A program made the translations under genes and the position numbers. A stretch of DNA of 64,000 nucleotides, taken from positions 2,232,001-2,296,000 of the forward strand of contig CDPCPM010000458.1 of assembly GCA_976551045.1 (NCBI GenBank), given 5' to 3'. The stretch comes from Glaucostegus cemiculus. Taxonomy: Eukaryota. Each line of letters opens with the position of its first letter. Positions within the stretch are counted from its first letter, which is position 1. The notes beneath the pieces are model-generated. The model ran no database searches. It saw only the letters and a program-made list of their open reading frames with translations, and had not been told where the DNA came from. Shown piece after piece: positions 49,191 to 61,702 of the stretch.

Positions 49191-49920
49191 AACCTTCACC
49201 TGGGTCTTTTTTTCACTTCCAGCCTTTGTAACCCAGGTTTCCATTATTACCTCTACATCACACACCTTGTTATATCATTTACCAACCTTATTCACTGCGC
49301 TTGTTCATTTACATACGTGCATTATAAACCTGTCTTTGTATTCTTGTAATTGTTCTTAGTCTGTTCATTCTTAGCAATCGTTCTTGTATTCACTCTCTCT
49401 CTCTCTCTGGTACTCTCTCACTGCTTTTGCACCGTTATTCCTGCTTTCCACTTCAGCTTCCCTTCCTGTAATTTCACCATGGATTATCCTCCCACTTCTC
49501 ATCTACATACTACCCCTCAACAATATGACCTAAAAACTCTGTGACAGGTCCCACGTGCATTCTGAATATACTCAGCTCCATCACTCCATTCAACCTCCAA
49601 CATCCGATATTCGAGGAGCAGAAATTTGCTCTGGCAAAATAATGGGGAGACCAAACCCACTGCTTTCAGTCCTTTGCACAAAGTCTGAAACCAAACCCTA
49701 AGGTCCATCCCTTTCCTGAGTATCCATCCAACACTGAACTCAGCTCCATAAAACCTGGTTGCCAGAATTGACCATGAGTCAAGTTTCCAACCATAAACTA
49801 ATAACTAAAACCCTCTGTTTATATCTCTATAAAATCAACTGACTCTACCCCATCCACACCTCTACTGTGGCTGAAACCTACATCTGTACCTCTTTTACAT
49901 CTAGCCTTAACTAGCAGATT

Positions 49921-50704
49921 TTGTACGAGGGGGTCACTTATTGCATCCGGTGCTCATGGTGCGGCCTCCTGTACATCGGTGAGACCGGACGCAGATTGGG
50001 TGACCGTTTCGTCAAGTACCTTTGCTCCATCTGCCTCAACAGCCAGGACCTCCCGGTGGCCGCCCACTCCAATTCCACATCCCACTCCCACACTGACATG
50101 TCAATCCATGGCCTCCTCTACTGCCCCGTTGAGGCCAGACACAGGTTGGAGGAACAACACCTCATATTCTGCCTTGGGAGTCTCCAACCTGATGGCCTCA
50201 ACATTGATTTCTCTAACTCCCGGTAACCCCTCCCCTTCTTTTTCTTCCACCCCCCCACCACTCCTTTGTCTTCTCTTATTCCTGTGGCTCCCTTCCCCCA
50301 GCTTGCTGACCTGCCCACCTCCCCTCCTCCCCTCCTCCATCCTTTATTCCACAGTCCACTGCCCTCTCCTACTGGATCCGTTTGTCTTCAGCCCCTTGCC
50401 CCTTCTATCTATCACCTCTCAGCTTATTATATCTTCCCCCCTCTACCACCCACCTAACATCCCCCTCTAATCTGGCCTCACCTATCACTGGACTCACCTA
50501 TCCCCTGCCTGCGTGTGCTCTTTCACCTCCTCCCACTTCTTATTCTGGCTCTGCCCACTTCCTATCCAGTCCTGATGAAGGGTCTCGACCTGAAACGTCG
50601 ACTGTTTATTTCCCTCCATAGATGCTGCCTGACCCACTGAGTTCCTCCAGCACTTTTTCTGTGTCGCTCCAGATTCCAGCATCTGCAGAATTCCCTGTAT
50701 CTCC
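49921..50704 (+). mobile_element. Penelope-like element 3' portion: GIY-YIG endonuclease remnant, pyrimidine-rich UTR and pseudo-LTR
   Basis: ORF 49921..50226 has VTYCIRCSWCGLLYIGETGRRLGDRF...LEEQHLIF.LG.LQPDGLN, a GIY-YIG domain with the PLE CxxC insertion. Confidence 0.95.
50567..50604 (+). ncRNA. Minimal type I hammerhead ribozyme motif in the Penelope pseudo-LTR
   Basis: CAGTC-CTGATGA-AGGGTCTCGACCT-GAAA-CGTC-GACTG. Stem I CAGTC/GACTG, both core boxes intact, GUC triplet, palindromic ACGT in place of stem III. Confidence 0.8.
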
Positions 50705-50869
50705 AATGAAATGTAACCTGACCTCCTTGTTCGAGGGTCTATACACATGAGGTTATCCAAAAGTAGGCTGCCTACATCTGAACTCACCCTGCACTGGACA
50801 TGGATTGAGCATCTGACAACTTGGTGTAGTGGTCCAGTGGTATAGTGATGGGGCAGAATGTGATATTTC

Positions 50870-51190
50870 AGTATATATTGGCTCCCTGTGTCCCAGTTGT
50901 AAAATTCTTAACTCTGTTTTCAAATCACTCCAAGACTACATCCCACTTCATGGCCAAACCCCCCTCCAGTTTAAATACACTCTGAGAACTCCCATCCTGA
51001 AATTCAGCCTTCAAATATCAAAGATTCCCTTTTGCTCTTCTCTTTTAAGATGTCCCTTAAACCCCATTTTTCGATGATCTACTCTAATATCTCTTTCACG
51101 ATGTTGAGTCACGCTTTGCTTGATAACGTTTCTGCGATGCAACTTTTACTATGTTAGAGGTGCTCTGGAAATGCAAATTGTCATTGTCTT
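50870..51190 (+). mobile_element. L2-like LINE 3' end, old
   Basis: TAAAATTCT...GTTTTCAAATC.CTCC...TTTTACTATGTTAGAGGTGCT...AAATGCAA.TTGT. Confidence 0.55.
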
Positions 51191-52867
51191 TAACAGGATA
51201 ATGTCAAGGGAACGTGAACGACTCCAGCTTCCATTTCTTACTGCGCCCAAAACTAACAAGAGCCTTTTGATCTTTGAAATCTGTGACTCTCCCCAACAGC
51301 TCAGACTAAAGGAGGAAGGTATCATATCTTCCCGCTCCTTGAGGATGCCTTCTCATTCATTTTCCCAAGGGTCTGCTTCTGCTTCAGAGATTATGTCCCC
51401 CCACCCCCATTCATAATTTACCCAGCAGAGGACATAATTTCACTTTAACTACTTTATTGCATCCTTTAAGGGCTTTTAATACAATGAACAGATCATTTCT
51501 GAATCTTCCACTGTCTAAAGCAAGTTTCTGCAACCTCTCCTCACATCTTAAGTCTCTGGTATGATTCTGATGGATCGGTACTTCATCCTCTCCAAGGCCA
51601 TGATATCCTGGGTGAGGGACAGTGTCCTGTAGTGAGCACAGAACTGACTAGGTTTGACTCCAATTACATGACTGTCTTGGTAGTGCCGAATGACTAGTAC
51701 TGATGGGTTAAGTGGTGCAGGCCAGAGTATAAATTGTTTATGGTAATTATACACTGATGCAGTTTTATCAAGTGATCTAACCTGATTTAATGAGAGAGAT
51801 TAGAGTTCAAGGCAGTGGGTGACATTAATTTGCAAGAAAACATCTCAATTACATTAGAAGTGTGTACACAAAGGAAGTTATAATTCTCCAAAGCAAATTT
51901 TATTTTGGCACGGTTTTGGATCACAATCATTAAGGACTAGTCATTTTAAGGAGGAGGCTTCATTATGTCATGCTGCTACTTTTAATACAGCAGTAGCTCT
52001 GTGTTGGTGCTAATGAGGATCCAGAGTTAGAGTGCAACGTAGTGTCGCGGACACTGCAAATTTCCCACTGGCCGAAGTTGTCAACCTGCGATGAGTGAGT
52101 AGATGAACGGAAGATGAAATAAAACCCAGACAGGTTGGCCCATTGACTCTGAATGCTACTTGACATGATGTAAGGGCCGTGGTGCCCTCCAGAGCTAAAT
52201 ACTGAGAGTGAGATTAGACGGGAATACTGTGTCAACGTGAATAAGGTGGGACTGTAAACTGAGGTGACTGCTGTGGTGTACTAATGCAAGGGGCTGTGAA
52301 ATTAGGACTAATTTCTGGCTGATTCTATCTGCCAACACAGTCAGTTCCTGTCAAGTGTGCGGCTTGTTTTTTTTTTCTCATCTTTCCTTAGCTATTAAGA
52401 AGAGTCAGTGAGCAGAGATTTGCACTGAAATATCACTTTGGCAGCATACTCATCTGTCGCAATCCATTTATTACCGTAAAATTTCCAAATCTACAATTAT
52501 GCCATTTATTTTGTACTCTGCCCACCTTCACTATGCCCTTAATTGCTTTGATTGATGAAGAAGTCAGATTCTGAATGCAAACATTCCTCACAGGAAGCCT
52601 ACACAAGGAGTGAGGGTGAGAGTGTGGGAAGGATGATTAACTCCACACGCTTGCTTCTCCAGACAAGGCTTCTCCATACTCTGCAGCACTGTGCAGTGCT
52701 GATTGAACAATCTCGAGAGAGTAAAGAACAAACAGCTTCATTTTCATTAAAGGTTTGGTTTATCTTCTACCAGGGAACCGAGCAGCGTCAGTATTTCTCC
52801 ATAATCAACTAACCGTTAGCAGAATCAAACAACTAACCTTTCAAAGGTGCACTAACACGAGGAGCTC

Positions 52868-53100
52868 CAGAGTGACACAGCTGGTCGAGCTGCTGCCTCA
52901 CAGCTCCAGAGATCCAGGTTCAATCCTGCCATCTGCCACTGTCTGCGTGGAGCTTGTAAGTTCGTCCAGTGACCACACGACCTTCTCCCGGGGGCCCTGG
53001 TTTCCTCCAAAAGCCCAAAGACGTGCAAGTTGGTGGGCTAATGAGATGTTGTAAATTATCCCTGGTGTCTAGATGGGTGGTAGAATCTGGGGTTGAGTTG
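52868..53100 (+). mobile_element. HE1-like V-SINE
   Basis: GCTGCCTCACAGCTCCAGAGATCCAGGTTCAATCCTG...GGTTTCCTCC..CCCAAAGACGTGC. Confidence 0.8.
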
Positions 53101-53829
53101 TTCTTTCATGGAATCACCTTCACTCTGTGTTCCCTTAGTATTAACCAACAAAAATCTGTGTCAACCCCAATTCACCCAGGAGTGTCAGCTACGGGGAGAG
53201 AGCCCCAGATTTCACCTACCCTTGTGTTCGTGCTTCCTGATTTGTATTCCAAAGTGGTCGAGGAGCATTGCCCCCTTGTTTCTACGTTCCTCCTCTGTGG
53301 AAAAGAAACTTTCCCTATTGACCAAGTTGATTTCTTTTGTCATTGTAAGCATCTCAATCAGATTACATCTTAATCTGTTTCACTGCAATTTTAGACATTT
53401 TATGCAATCTTCCCTCCTAATTTAAACACTGTCCTGGTATCATTCTGATCTTCAGGTGAATCTGGTCTGCATGTCCTTCTAGATAAAATTTGAGTCCATT
53501 TCTTTGGCAGTAGTGGATCTATGGTGGCTGAGTAGCATTTGATAACCTTTGTAACTTTTCCCTTTCTCTTTCTAAAGACAAACCTTCTTTCCAGGTAACA
53601 GTTCCCTCTCACCAGCCTCTTTCAATGACTCATCCATGACCTCACTGTTTATGGCAGCCTGGTGTTCACTCAGAGCACGTTGACAGATGCTGCCACCCAG
53701 TGCTAATGGTTCCCTTGCCATCTTCCCTCAGATCCCAGACCCCAGACCCCTGAAAAGAATCACTGTATTAAAGTACTCAGCTGAACTTACATTGCTCAGT
53801 GCCGAATCCTTGGGGTCTTTTAAAAGTTG

Positions 53830-54525
53830 TTATTCTACCTGTGTCAACCACTTCCTCTGGCAGCTCATTCCATATATATATACCACTCTTTTGTGTAAAA
53901 AAAAGTTGCCCCTCAAGTTCCTCTTAAATCTTTCCGCTCTCACCTTAAACCTACACCCTCTAGTTCTTGATTCCTTAATCCTGGGAAAAAAAACTGAGTG
54001 CATTTACCCTATCTATGCCCCTCATGAATTTATTCACCTCTGTAAGATCACCCCTCAGTCTCCTACGCTCCAAGGAATAAAGTCCCAGCCTGTCCAACCT
54101 CTCCCTATAACTCAGTCCCTCAAGTCCTGCCAACGTCCTTGTGAATCTTTTCTGCACTCTTTCCAGCTTAATAACATCTTTCCTACAGCAGGGCGACCAA
54201 TACTGAACACAATACTCCAAGTGTGTCCTCACCAGTGGTCTGTACATCTGCACTATGATCTCCCAGCTTTTATTCTCAAACCCTGACTGATGAAGTCCAG
54301 CGGCCAAAAAAGCCTTCTTCACCACCCTGTCTACCTGTGACTCCACTTTCAGGGAACCATGTATCTGTACTCCAAGGTACCTCTGTTCTAAACACTCCCC
54401 AGGGCCCTGCCATTCACTGTGAAAGTCCTACCTCGATTTGACTTTACAAAATACAACACCTCACACTTGTCTGAATTAAACTTTATTTGCCATTCCTCAG
54501 CCCACTTAATCAGCTGATCAAGATA
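53830..54525 (-). mobile_element. CR1 LINE RT 3' fragment
   Basis: ORF 53975..54346 has YRPLVRTHLEYCVQYWSPCCRKDVIKLERVQKRFTR. Confidence 0.95.
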
Positions 54526-54532
54526 AATGGAC

Positions 54533-54808
54533 AGATAAGATATCTTTATTAGTCACATGTACATCAAAACACACAGTGAAGTTCATCTTTTGTGTCAAGT
54601 GTTCTGGGGGTAGCCCACAAGTGTCGCCATGCTTCCAGTGCCAACATGGCATGCTCACAACTTCCTAACCTGTATGTCTTTGGAATGTGGGAGGAAACTG
54701 GAGTACCTAGAGGAAACTCATTCAGACACAGAGAACATACAAACTCCTTACAGACAGTGGCTGGAATTGAATGCAGGCTGCTGGCACTGTAATAGCATTA
54801 CATTAACA
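54533..54808 (-). mobile_element. tRNA-derived V-SINE with Rex/Babar-type tail
   Basis: Reverse complement of the 60508 family (AGATATCTTTATTAGTCACATGTACATC...). Confidence 0.9.
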
Positions 54809-55569
54809 GGTAATGTAGTTACTAAGAAATGGACAGAGTGAAAAAGGAGATTTTTATACATTGTGTGTTGATGTGACCTGGATTGCTCTGCCTGGAGACC
54901 AGTGGTATGTTTAGTAATAACTCTCAGAAGGCAGTGGGATAAGTATTTGAAAACAACACGTTTTCATTGCTACCAAGAAAGGGTAATTGAAGTCAGAATA
55001 AAATGGGCACAAAGGCAAAATATTGCAGATGCTGGAAATCTGAAGTAATAACAGAATATGGTAGAAATGCTCAGCAGGTAAGTTAGCATCTGTGGAGAGA
55101 AACCATCATTTTTCATCAAAAGTAATTGTTCAGCTCTTGTGATGAGTAACATGGGAAATCATGGCCAAAAATAGCATCTGTTCATAATGTGAGATCCAAT
55201 GTTTGACAATTGTTAGCAATGACAATGTGATCAAGTGAGTCATCTTCATGAGTTTAAGCATAGAGCCTGTTCTTCTTTGTTTCTGTTCCTCCTGTTCCTT
55301 ATACCCATTTTATCTTTCCTGGTCCAATAAAAGTAGGAAGCTGAGAGGATCTAGAACTCATGCTGCTGGCCAACATATATTAGGTTTAGTTAAAACTCCT
55401 TTGTTGCTAACCTGATTGATCTTCATTTAATTGGCAAAGATACTTTTTCCCCAATTTGACTGGGAAGGAACAATCAACATGGTGGGTCCTTGCCCATGTG
55501 AGATACCTCAGAATGGTTACAAATGGTGCTTCTAGGCAATGAAAATCTATAAACTGTTGGAAATCTCAG

Positions 55570-55760
55570 AACAACAGCAAATGCTGGAAACACTCAACAA
55601 GTCAGGCAGCATCTGTGGGAAGAGAAGCAAAGTGAAAGTTTCAAGTCGAAGGTCTTTCCCCACTTCTGATGAAGGGTCTTTGACCTGAAACGTTAACTTC
55701 TTCTCTTTCTACAGGTGCTGCCTGACCTGCTGAGAGTTTCTAGTATTTTCTGTTTCCTCT
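55570..55760. mobile_element. Inverted pair of Penelope pseudo-LTR ends with a hammerhead core
   Basis: GTCAGGCAGCATCTGT at ~55601 versus ACAGGTGCTGCCTGAC at ~55711; CTGATGA...GAAACGTT at 55666-55694. Confidence 0.75.
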
Positions 55761-56095
55761 TAGACAGTGCCATAGTCAATTGTTGTGAGGAATGAAAGAT
55801 TTGCCTTATTACAGAGTTCTTCATAACCTCAGGATGTCCCAAAGTGTTTTACAGCAAATTAAGTGTTTCTGAAGTAGAGTCACTGCTGTAATGTAGGAAC
55901 TCATTATGGCATTTACAACTCAGCATGGTTGAGATGAACAGAGAGTGTTTATTCATTTGGGATTTCGTGGCAGTAAAGTAGTTATAAAGTATTTGCAAAA
56001 TACCTGTTTTTGGGCTTGCTAAAAGGAAAGTAAGCTTGACTGTAATTTTGGGGCAATTTTGGTAAAGAAGATTTGTCCTTTCTTCAATCATCCAT

Positions 56096-56475
56096 TCAAG
56101 TCAAGTCAAGTCAAGTCTATTGTCATATGCACAAATGTGGTGAGGTACAGGTACAATGAAAAACTGGCTTGCAGCAGCATCACAGGCACATAGATTCAGA
56201 CAACACACAGAACATAAATTATACAAGACAGTGAAGAAAAAGACTTTGCAAAACAAGACATCGGTGCAGAAAGAACTCCGAAAAAAGTCCATGGTAGTGC
56301 AAGAGGTGGTCCACAGTGTTCCATTGCTGAGGGAGGGTTAGGTTCTGCAGATCAGTTCAAGAATCTAATGGTTGTAGGAAAGTAGCTGTTGATGAACTTG
56401 GGTATGTGGGACTTCAGGCTTCTGTACCCTCTGCCTGATGGTAGCTGCGAGAAGAGGGCATGACCTGGATACTCA
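56096..56475 (-). mobile_element. Rex1/Babar 3' fragment with (CTTGA)n tail
   Basis: ORF 56352..56546 has PGHALFSQLPSGRGYRSLKSHIPKFINSYFPTTIRFLN. Confidence 0.9.
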
Positions 56476-58429
56476 GGACCTTTCTGAACCAATGTTATCC
56501 CAGAATAACAGTGAATCCTACATTCTTCTTGGAAAGCACAAAACACAGGTACTTTGCATGAAGGTGCATAAACCTGGCTTGTATTCCCTTGGGTACGGAA
56601 CAGGCAATTAGCTCAATGTGCTTAAAAATATTTAACGTGCCTGACTTCAGAAGGAATGTGGGCATATTCCAAATAGTGGAAATCTAAAGTACCTAATGAG
56701 CATTCTGGAAGCTTTCAGAAGGTTTGACAGCATAGCTAAAGTGGCATCTTGGGTGTGGATTGAAATTTTATAGTCTTAATGTTACCCTGTTGAAGGTTGC
56801 ACGAATGAATCTACGTCTCAGGAAGAAGGAAAAACAGAAGGTTATAAGAATAGGAATCATTCATCCAGCTATGAAACATGTACATAGAGCTTTTCATCCT
56901 CCTGATTCCAGTCAACCACTCTTTCAACACGATTACTTCCCAAGTAAAGTATCACAGGGAAGTTCAGCGGTAAGTTGCATTGATCAAGTGGAGACATCAG
57001 CAAAGATTGGATGAAGAAAGAATCTGGAGTGGAGAGGCAAGAGTGCTAAAATCTATTTCTCCATTAAACACTGTGACAAGATGTTGACTGTTATTTCAGC
57101 TTTGCTTCTGGTTCACAGATAGCTCCCCACCCCCTTGAACTGATGAACTATTCTGAGGTTGTTCGATGAGTTATTGTCCAGGCACTGATTGGGGTAAATC
57201 ATGGCTTTGTTTTGGCTTGTAAATGGGTTGATAGAGATTTAACAATCCACTTTGCATCTCTCCTGATAATGTATTTGAATTGACTTTAGTTGAAATGAGG
57301 ATGAGATGAAGACAGGCTTTATGACGTGATATTTCATTTCACGCTATTGCACAAAATAAAGAAGAAGCCCATTGTTGAGGTGACACCTCCCCCACAGTAA
57401 CCTTGTGCCAACTTCCTCCCAACCTCTATAAAATTCATCTAATCTGTTTTGCACAGGCAGTGCTGAGGATGAATTCCGATTGATGCTTTGCCTGCCAGCC
57501 CCACTGGAGGGCAGACTGATTTATTTATTGCTTACAACAGTTGAAAGAATCTGTACACAGCTCTGCAGTGAAATGATTGAAGTGTGGTGTGATTAGACCT
57601 CCAGCCAGTGTCCTTAAACACATCTTCTGTCACCCGTCCCTTCCCTAACATTTTGGAATCTCAGGAGCAAGGAATTCTTCCAAAGGATTCTTGATTGCTA
57701 ATATCCAGGGAATTTATTGGAAACACATTTTCCCTCCCATACCCTGAGGTTCAATTGCCAACAGAGCAGTAAGAACAGTTTGAGATCGTCAGCAATATCA
57801 GGTAATGCAGCCTTCGCTGTGCAAGGAATCTTGCATGCACAGGAAGAGGCCACTCCGTTCTCTGCACCAGCTCACTCAACCCACGTGTGTCAGCGTGGCA
57901 CCTGAGTGGCGATGATGATACAGAGGTGAGATCATCATAGTTAACTTGGATCATGTCAGGCCTGGTGAAGTGCTTTCATGGTGCTCATACTGATTCTCTG
58001 ATTTTTGACCCACCCTCAGCATCTTCACTCTTTGTTCTGTCCCTGCTCTTATGTGTGCTGCACAACAGGACGAGATCAATTGTAACTTCGAAGTGAGCTG
58101 AGCCTCTTCCCTGAGCCTACTATCCAAAGGACATTTACACCCTCCCAAAAGCTGCACTGGCATCCAGCAACAGAGCAAAGGGCTCAAACACTGGAGCAGT
58201 GACTTGACTGGAAGTAAGGCCACAGACAGTTAGGCAATTGTGTTTAAAAGCCACTTTGCTACCTTGTAGTATTCAGAAAGGAAGGAGGGAAGAAACAGGG
58301 CAAACCAACTTACATAACATTCCTCATATTCTCAGCAACCTTTACACCCAGTGAAATATCTCTGTAGGAAATGCAACAGTTCACACACAGCAAAATCTCA
58401 CAAACAGCAATGTGATAATGATTAAAGTA

Positions 58430-58918
58430 TATCGGTATTGGTTTATTATTGTTACTTGTACTGAGGTACAGTGAAAAACTTACATACCAATCATACAGGT
58501 CAATTCATTACACAGAACAGTGACATTGAGTTAGTACAGAGTGCATTGAGGTAGTACAGGTAAAAACAGTAATAGTACAAAGTAAAGTATCACAGCTACA
58601 GAGAAAGTGCAGTGCAATAAGGTGCAAGGCCACAACAAGGTAGATCATGAGGTCAGAGTCCATCTCATCGTATAAGGGAACCATTCAATAGCCTTATCAC
58701 TGTAGGATAAAAGCTTCCCTTGAGCCTGGTGGTACGTGCCCTCAGGCTCCTGCATCTTCTACCTGATGGAAGAGGAGGGAAGAGAGAATGACCTGGGTGG
58801 GTGGGGTATTTGATTATGCTGGCTATCTTGCTAAGGCAGCGAGAGGTATAGACAGAGTCCAAGGAGGGGAGGCTGGTTTCCATGATGGGCCGAGCTGTGG
58901 CCACATCTCTCTGCAGTG
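58430..58918 (-). mobile_element. Rex1/Babar 3' fragment with (ACCAAT)n-type tail
   Basis: ORF 58665..58904 has IIKYPTHPGHSLFPPLPSGRRCRSLRARTTRLKGSFYPTVIRLLN. Confidence 0.92.
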
Positions 58919-58979
58919 TTGCAGTATATATTCATTGAAGACTGAAGAATTTTTCAAAATCTTTTTATTGTTGGTGATA

Positions 58980-59500
58980 TGGTCATGGCATTTATTGCCC
59001 ATCCCCAGCTGCCCCTTTAGAAGGTAAAAGTCTCCTGCCTATTGAACCAGGTTGGTGAAGATGCTCCCACAGTGCTGGTGCAGAGGGAGTTCCAGGACCC
59101 AGTGACAATGAAGGGCCAGTGTCTTAGTACCAAGCCAAAATGGTGTGCATCTTGAAGGGGAATCTGCAGGTGGTGGTGTCCCCCTACACCTACTGCCAGT
59201 GTCCTTCTTGGTGGTAGAGGCCACGCTTTAGTCGGAGTCCCTGGGTGAGTAACTGCTGTGTATTTTATAGATGGTGCACACGGCCGCCACTGTCTGCCAG
59301 TGGTGGTTGGAATGAACGTCTCGGATGGTGAGTGGGGTGCAAATCACGTGGGCTGTTGTGAACTGGATGGTGTTGATCCTCTCGAGAGTCATTGGAGGTG
59401 CAAATGGAAAGAACTCCGTCACATGTCGGGCTTCTGCTCTGAAGATGGTGGAAAGGCTTTGGGGTGTCAGATGGTGAGTCCTCTGTCACAGGGATACTGA
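58980..59500 (-). mobile_element. RTE-X/Jockey-like LINE 3' portion
   Basis: ORF 59228..59422 has TLERINTIQ...HHWQTVAAVCTIYKIH; homologous to 45860-47185. Confidence 0.7.
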
Positions 59501-60507
59501 TGTTACCAACAGGAGAGATCTGATAGTCAAACATTTCTATCAAATCTGCAAATATCAAAGATGCAGAAAGCTATGTGAACAGTTCAGAGACAGTGCGGAG
59601 TGTGATGAACAGTATGATTTCATCTTTGAAGCTGATGGCAGACAGCATAACTACTGCCTGACCTACAGGAAACTTTGAACAAATTCCATCTGTAAAGATT
59701 CGGTCTGAGCAGATTAGAGTTGGTCAAAGTGCCTCCATCAAGGAAGGAGTTGGCTCGTACCTGACCACCTGGCTGAGGCGCTGATGTTGGGCTGACTCAG
59801 GAAAACACCTGTCTTTGGGAAAGGAGAAGAAAGCTCCAGGCCTGGTTGTAATATGTTGACTTTCAAGCCTCTAGATCACACCAGCAACAACTACACAGCA
59901 GCAGCAGCAGTGTGATGGACTCCCTTTTGTTTGCTTAGTGGGAGCTAAAATCACCAATTTTAATGAGTCTTTCCAGAGTGATTCCTTTGGCTTAAAGCGG
60001 TTTGATTAACAAACTGTTAAACTCTCTACAGTTCCGCTAATGAGTTCAGCCCATGCTCCAGATACAGTGTGATTTAACAGAAGCTGATATATGCTGAGTG
60101 TGAACACTGTTGGACCTTGATTGCCATCAGCTACAAATCACTTCTCAGGTGAACAAAATTAGAGGAAGCAAAACCATCCTATTTATCATATGAGCACGTT
60201 CTCGCTCTCCTCTTTGACTTCCCTTAAAACCTCATTAGCAACTTATTCACTACCCCATATAATGCCTCCTCCAGCATGACATCATCACCTGCCTGTGAAG
60301 CACCTCAGAATGTTTTCCACATTAAACTCGATATAAATTATTATTGCCTATTGTTGGCTGGGAGATTCGGGATGAGAAGTAATTTCTGTCTGGACACTAA
60401 AGGGAACATCTCGTCATTGAAGAACAAGTTATTAGTTTTTAACCGTTGTTTCTGGGAGGGATGTTTGCCAAAGTTCCCTTTAGTGCATTTTCTAGTTGTG
60501 TAGGGGA

Positions 60508-60806
60508 GACACAGTAGCATAGCGGTTAGTGTAACGCTATTACAGCGCCAATGACCCAGGTTCAATTCCTGCCACTGTCTGTAAGGAGTTTGTATGTTCT
60601 CCCCGTGTCTGTGTGGGTTTCCTCCAGGTGCTCCGGTTTCCTTCCACATTCCAAAGACGTATGGGTTAGGAAGTTGTGGGCGTGCTATGTTGGCGCCGGA
60701 AGTGTGGCGACACTTGCGGGCTGCCCCCAGAACACTCTATACAAAAGACACATTTCACTGTGTGTTTCGATGTACATGTGACTAATAAAGATATCTTATC
60801 TTACTT
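60508..60806 (+). mobile_element. tRNA-derived V-SINE with Rex/Babar-type tail (best preserved copy)
   Basis: A-box TAGCGGTTAG, B-box GGTTCAATTCC, V core, tail ...GTACATGTGACTAATAAAGATATCTTATCTTA. Confidence 0.93.
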
Positions 60807-60974
60807 AGATGGAAGATTTCTTTATTAGTCACATGTATGTGTAGACACTGCAGGAGAAGACAGAGTCACAATTCTGTGTTTAAGATTGCTCATACCATCC
60901 AGAAGCAGAGGAGCAGGTGTGATTTGGCTCCTTTAGGAAAAGAGAAGTTGGCTGGAGCAATGGTAGCTTCAATA

Positions 60975-61110
60975 GAGAGACACGAGAGGCTGCAGATGCT
61001 GGAATCTGGAGCAACAGACAACCTGCTGGAGGAGCTCAGTGGGTTGGGCGGCATCTGTGGGAGGAAAGAATTGTCAATGTTTTGGGTCAAAACCCTGCAT
61101 CAGGACAGAG
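60975..61110 (-). mobile_element. Penelope pseudo-LTR end fragment
   Basis: GAGACACGAGAGGCTGCAGATGCTGGAATCTGGAGCAAC with a decayed hammerhead at ~61075-61108. Confidence 0.8.
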
Positions 61111-61702
61111 GGGTCCAGAGAAGAAGGCAAACTATTCAATTTAAACAAATACTGTGTGGTCCGATTACTCTATGTAATTCCTTAGGTTACTGTAATTGAA
61201 TAGTTCCTCCTGATTTTCATTCATCTCACAGCCTGTTTTAAAAGCTCATTTAAAATTCTCATTGGTTCCTAGTGACACACTGCGTATGTGAAGCTCGGTC
61301 AGTTTTTATGTCCAAAGGCCATGAAGCTGCCTTCATAGTGCAACCGCCTGATCACTTTAATGTTGGCTTCCTTTGACTTGAGCATGTTCTTGCTGCAAGT
61401 CTGGCTACAGGAGTTCGCCCCCTGAGGGAGACACACCAGGGAATCAGTCACTTTCAAACCAACTTCTCCTGTTCTTGTTGATTGATTGTATAATTGGACA
61501 TGCCAAGTTGCTACGATAAATTAAAGGTTTTACAGTTGTGGTTATACAACACATCCCATTCTCCTTATAGAAAAGTTAACAGCTCCATATCCATCCTGAT
61601 GTAGACTGCATGGTATTATTTGCCCTTCTCTCATACAACTCACATGTAGATCCTGCACCGCTATGCTGTCTGTAGGGGCAAATTTCCCCTGACACCCTGA
61701 AC

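Noticed and set aside
55666-55694. Second hammerhead with intact CTGATGA/GAAA boxes
   Set aside because: Stem I pairing is lost at the inversion junction, so it is not called as a ribozyme.
60508-60580. tRNA-like A/B boxes (also at the other SINE heads)
   Set aside because: They continue into SINE bodies and do not form a complete cloverleaf; not tRNA genes.
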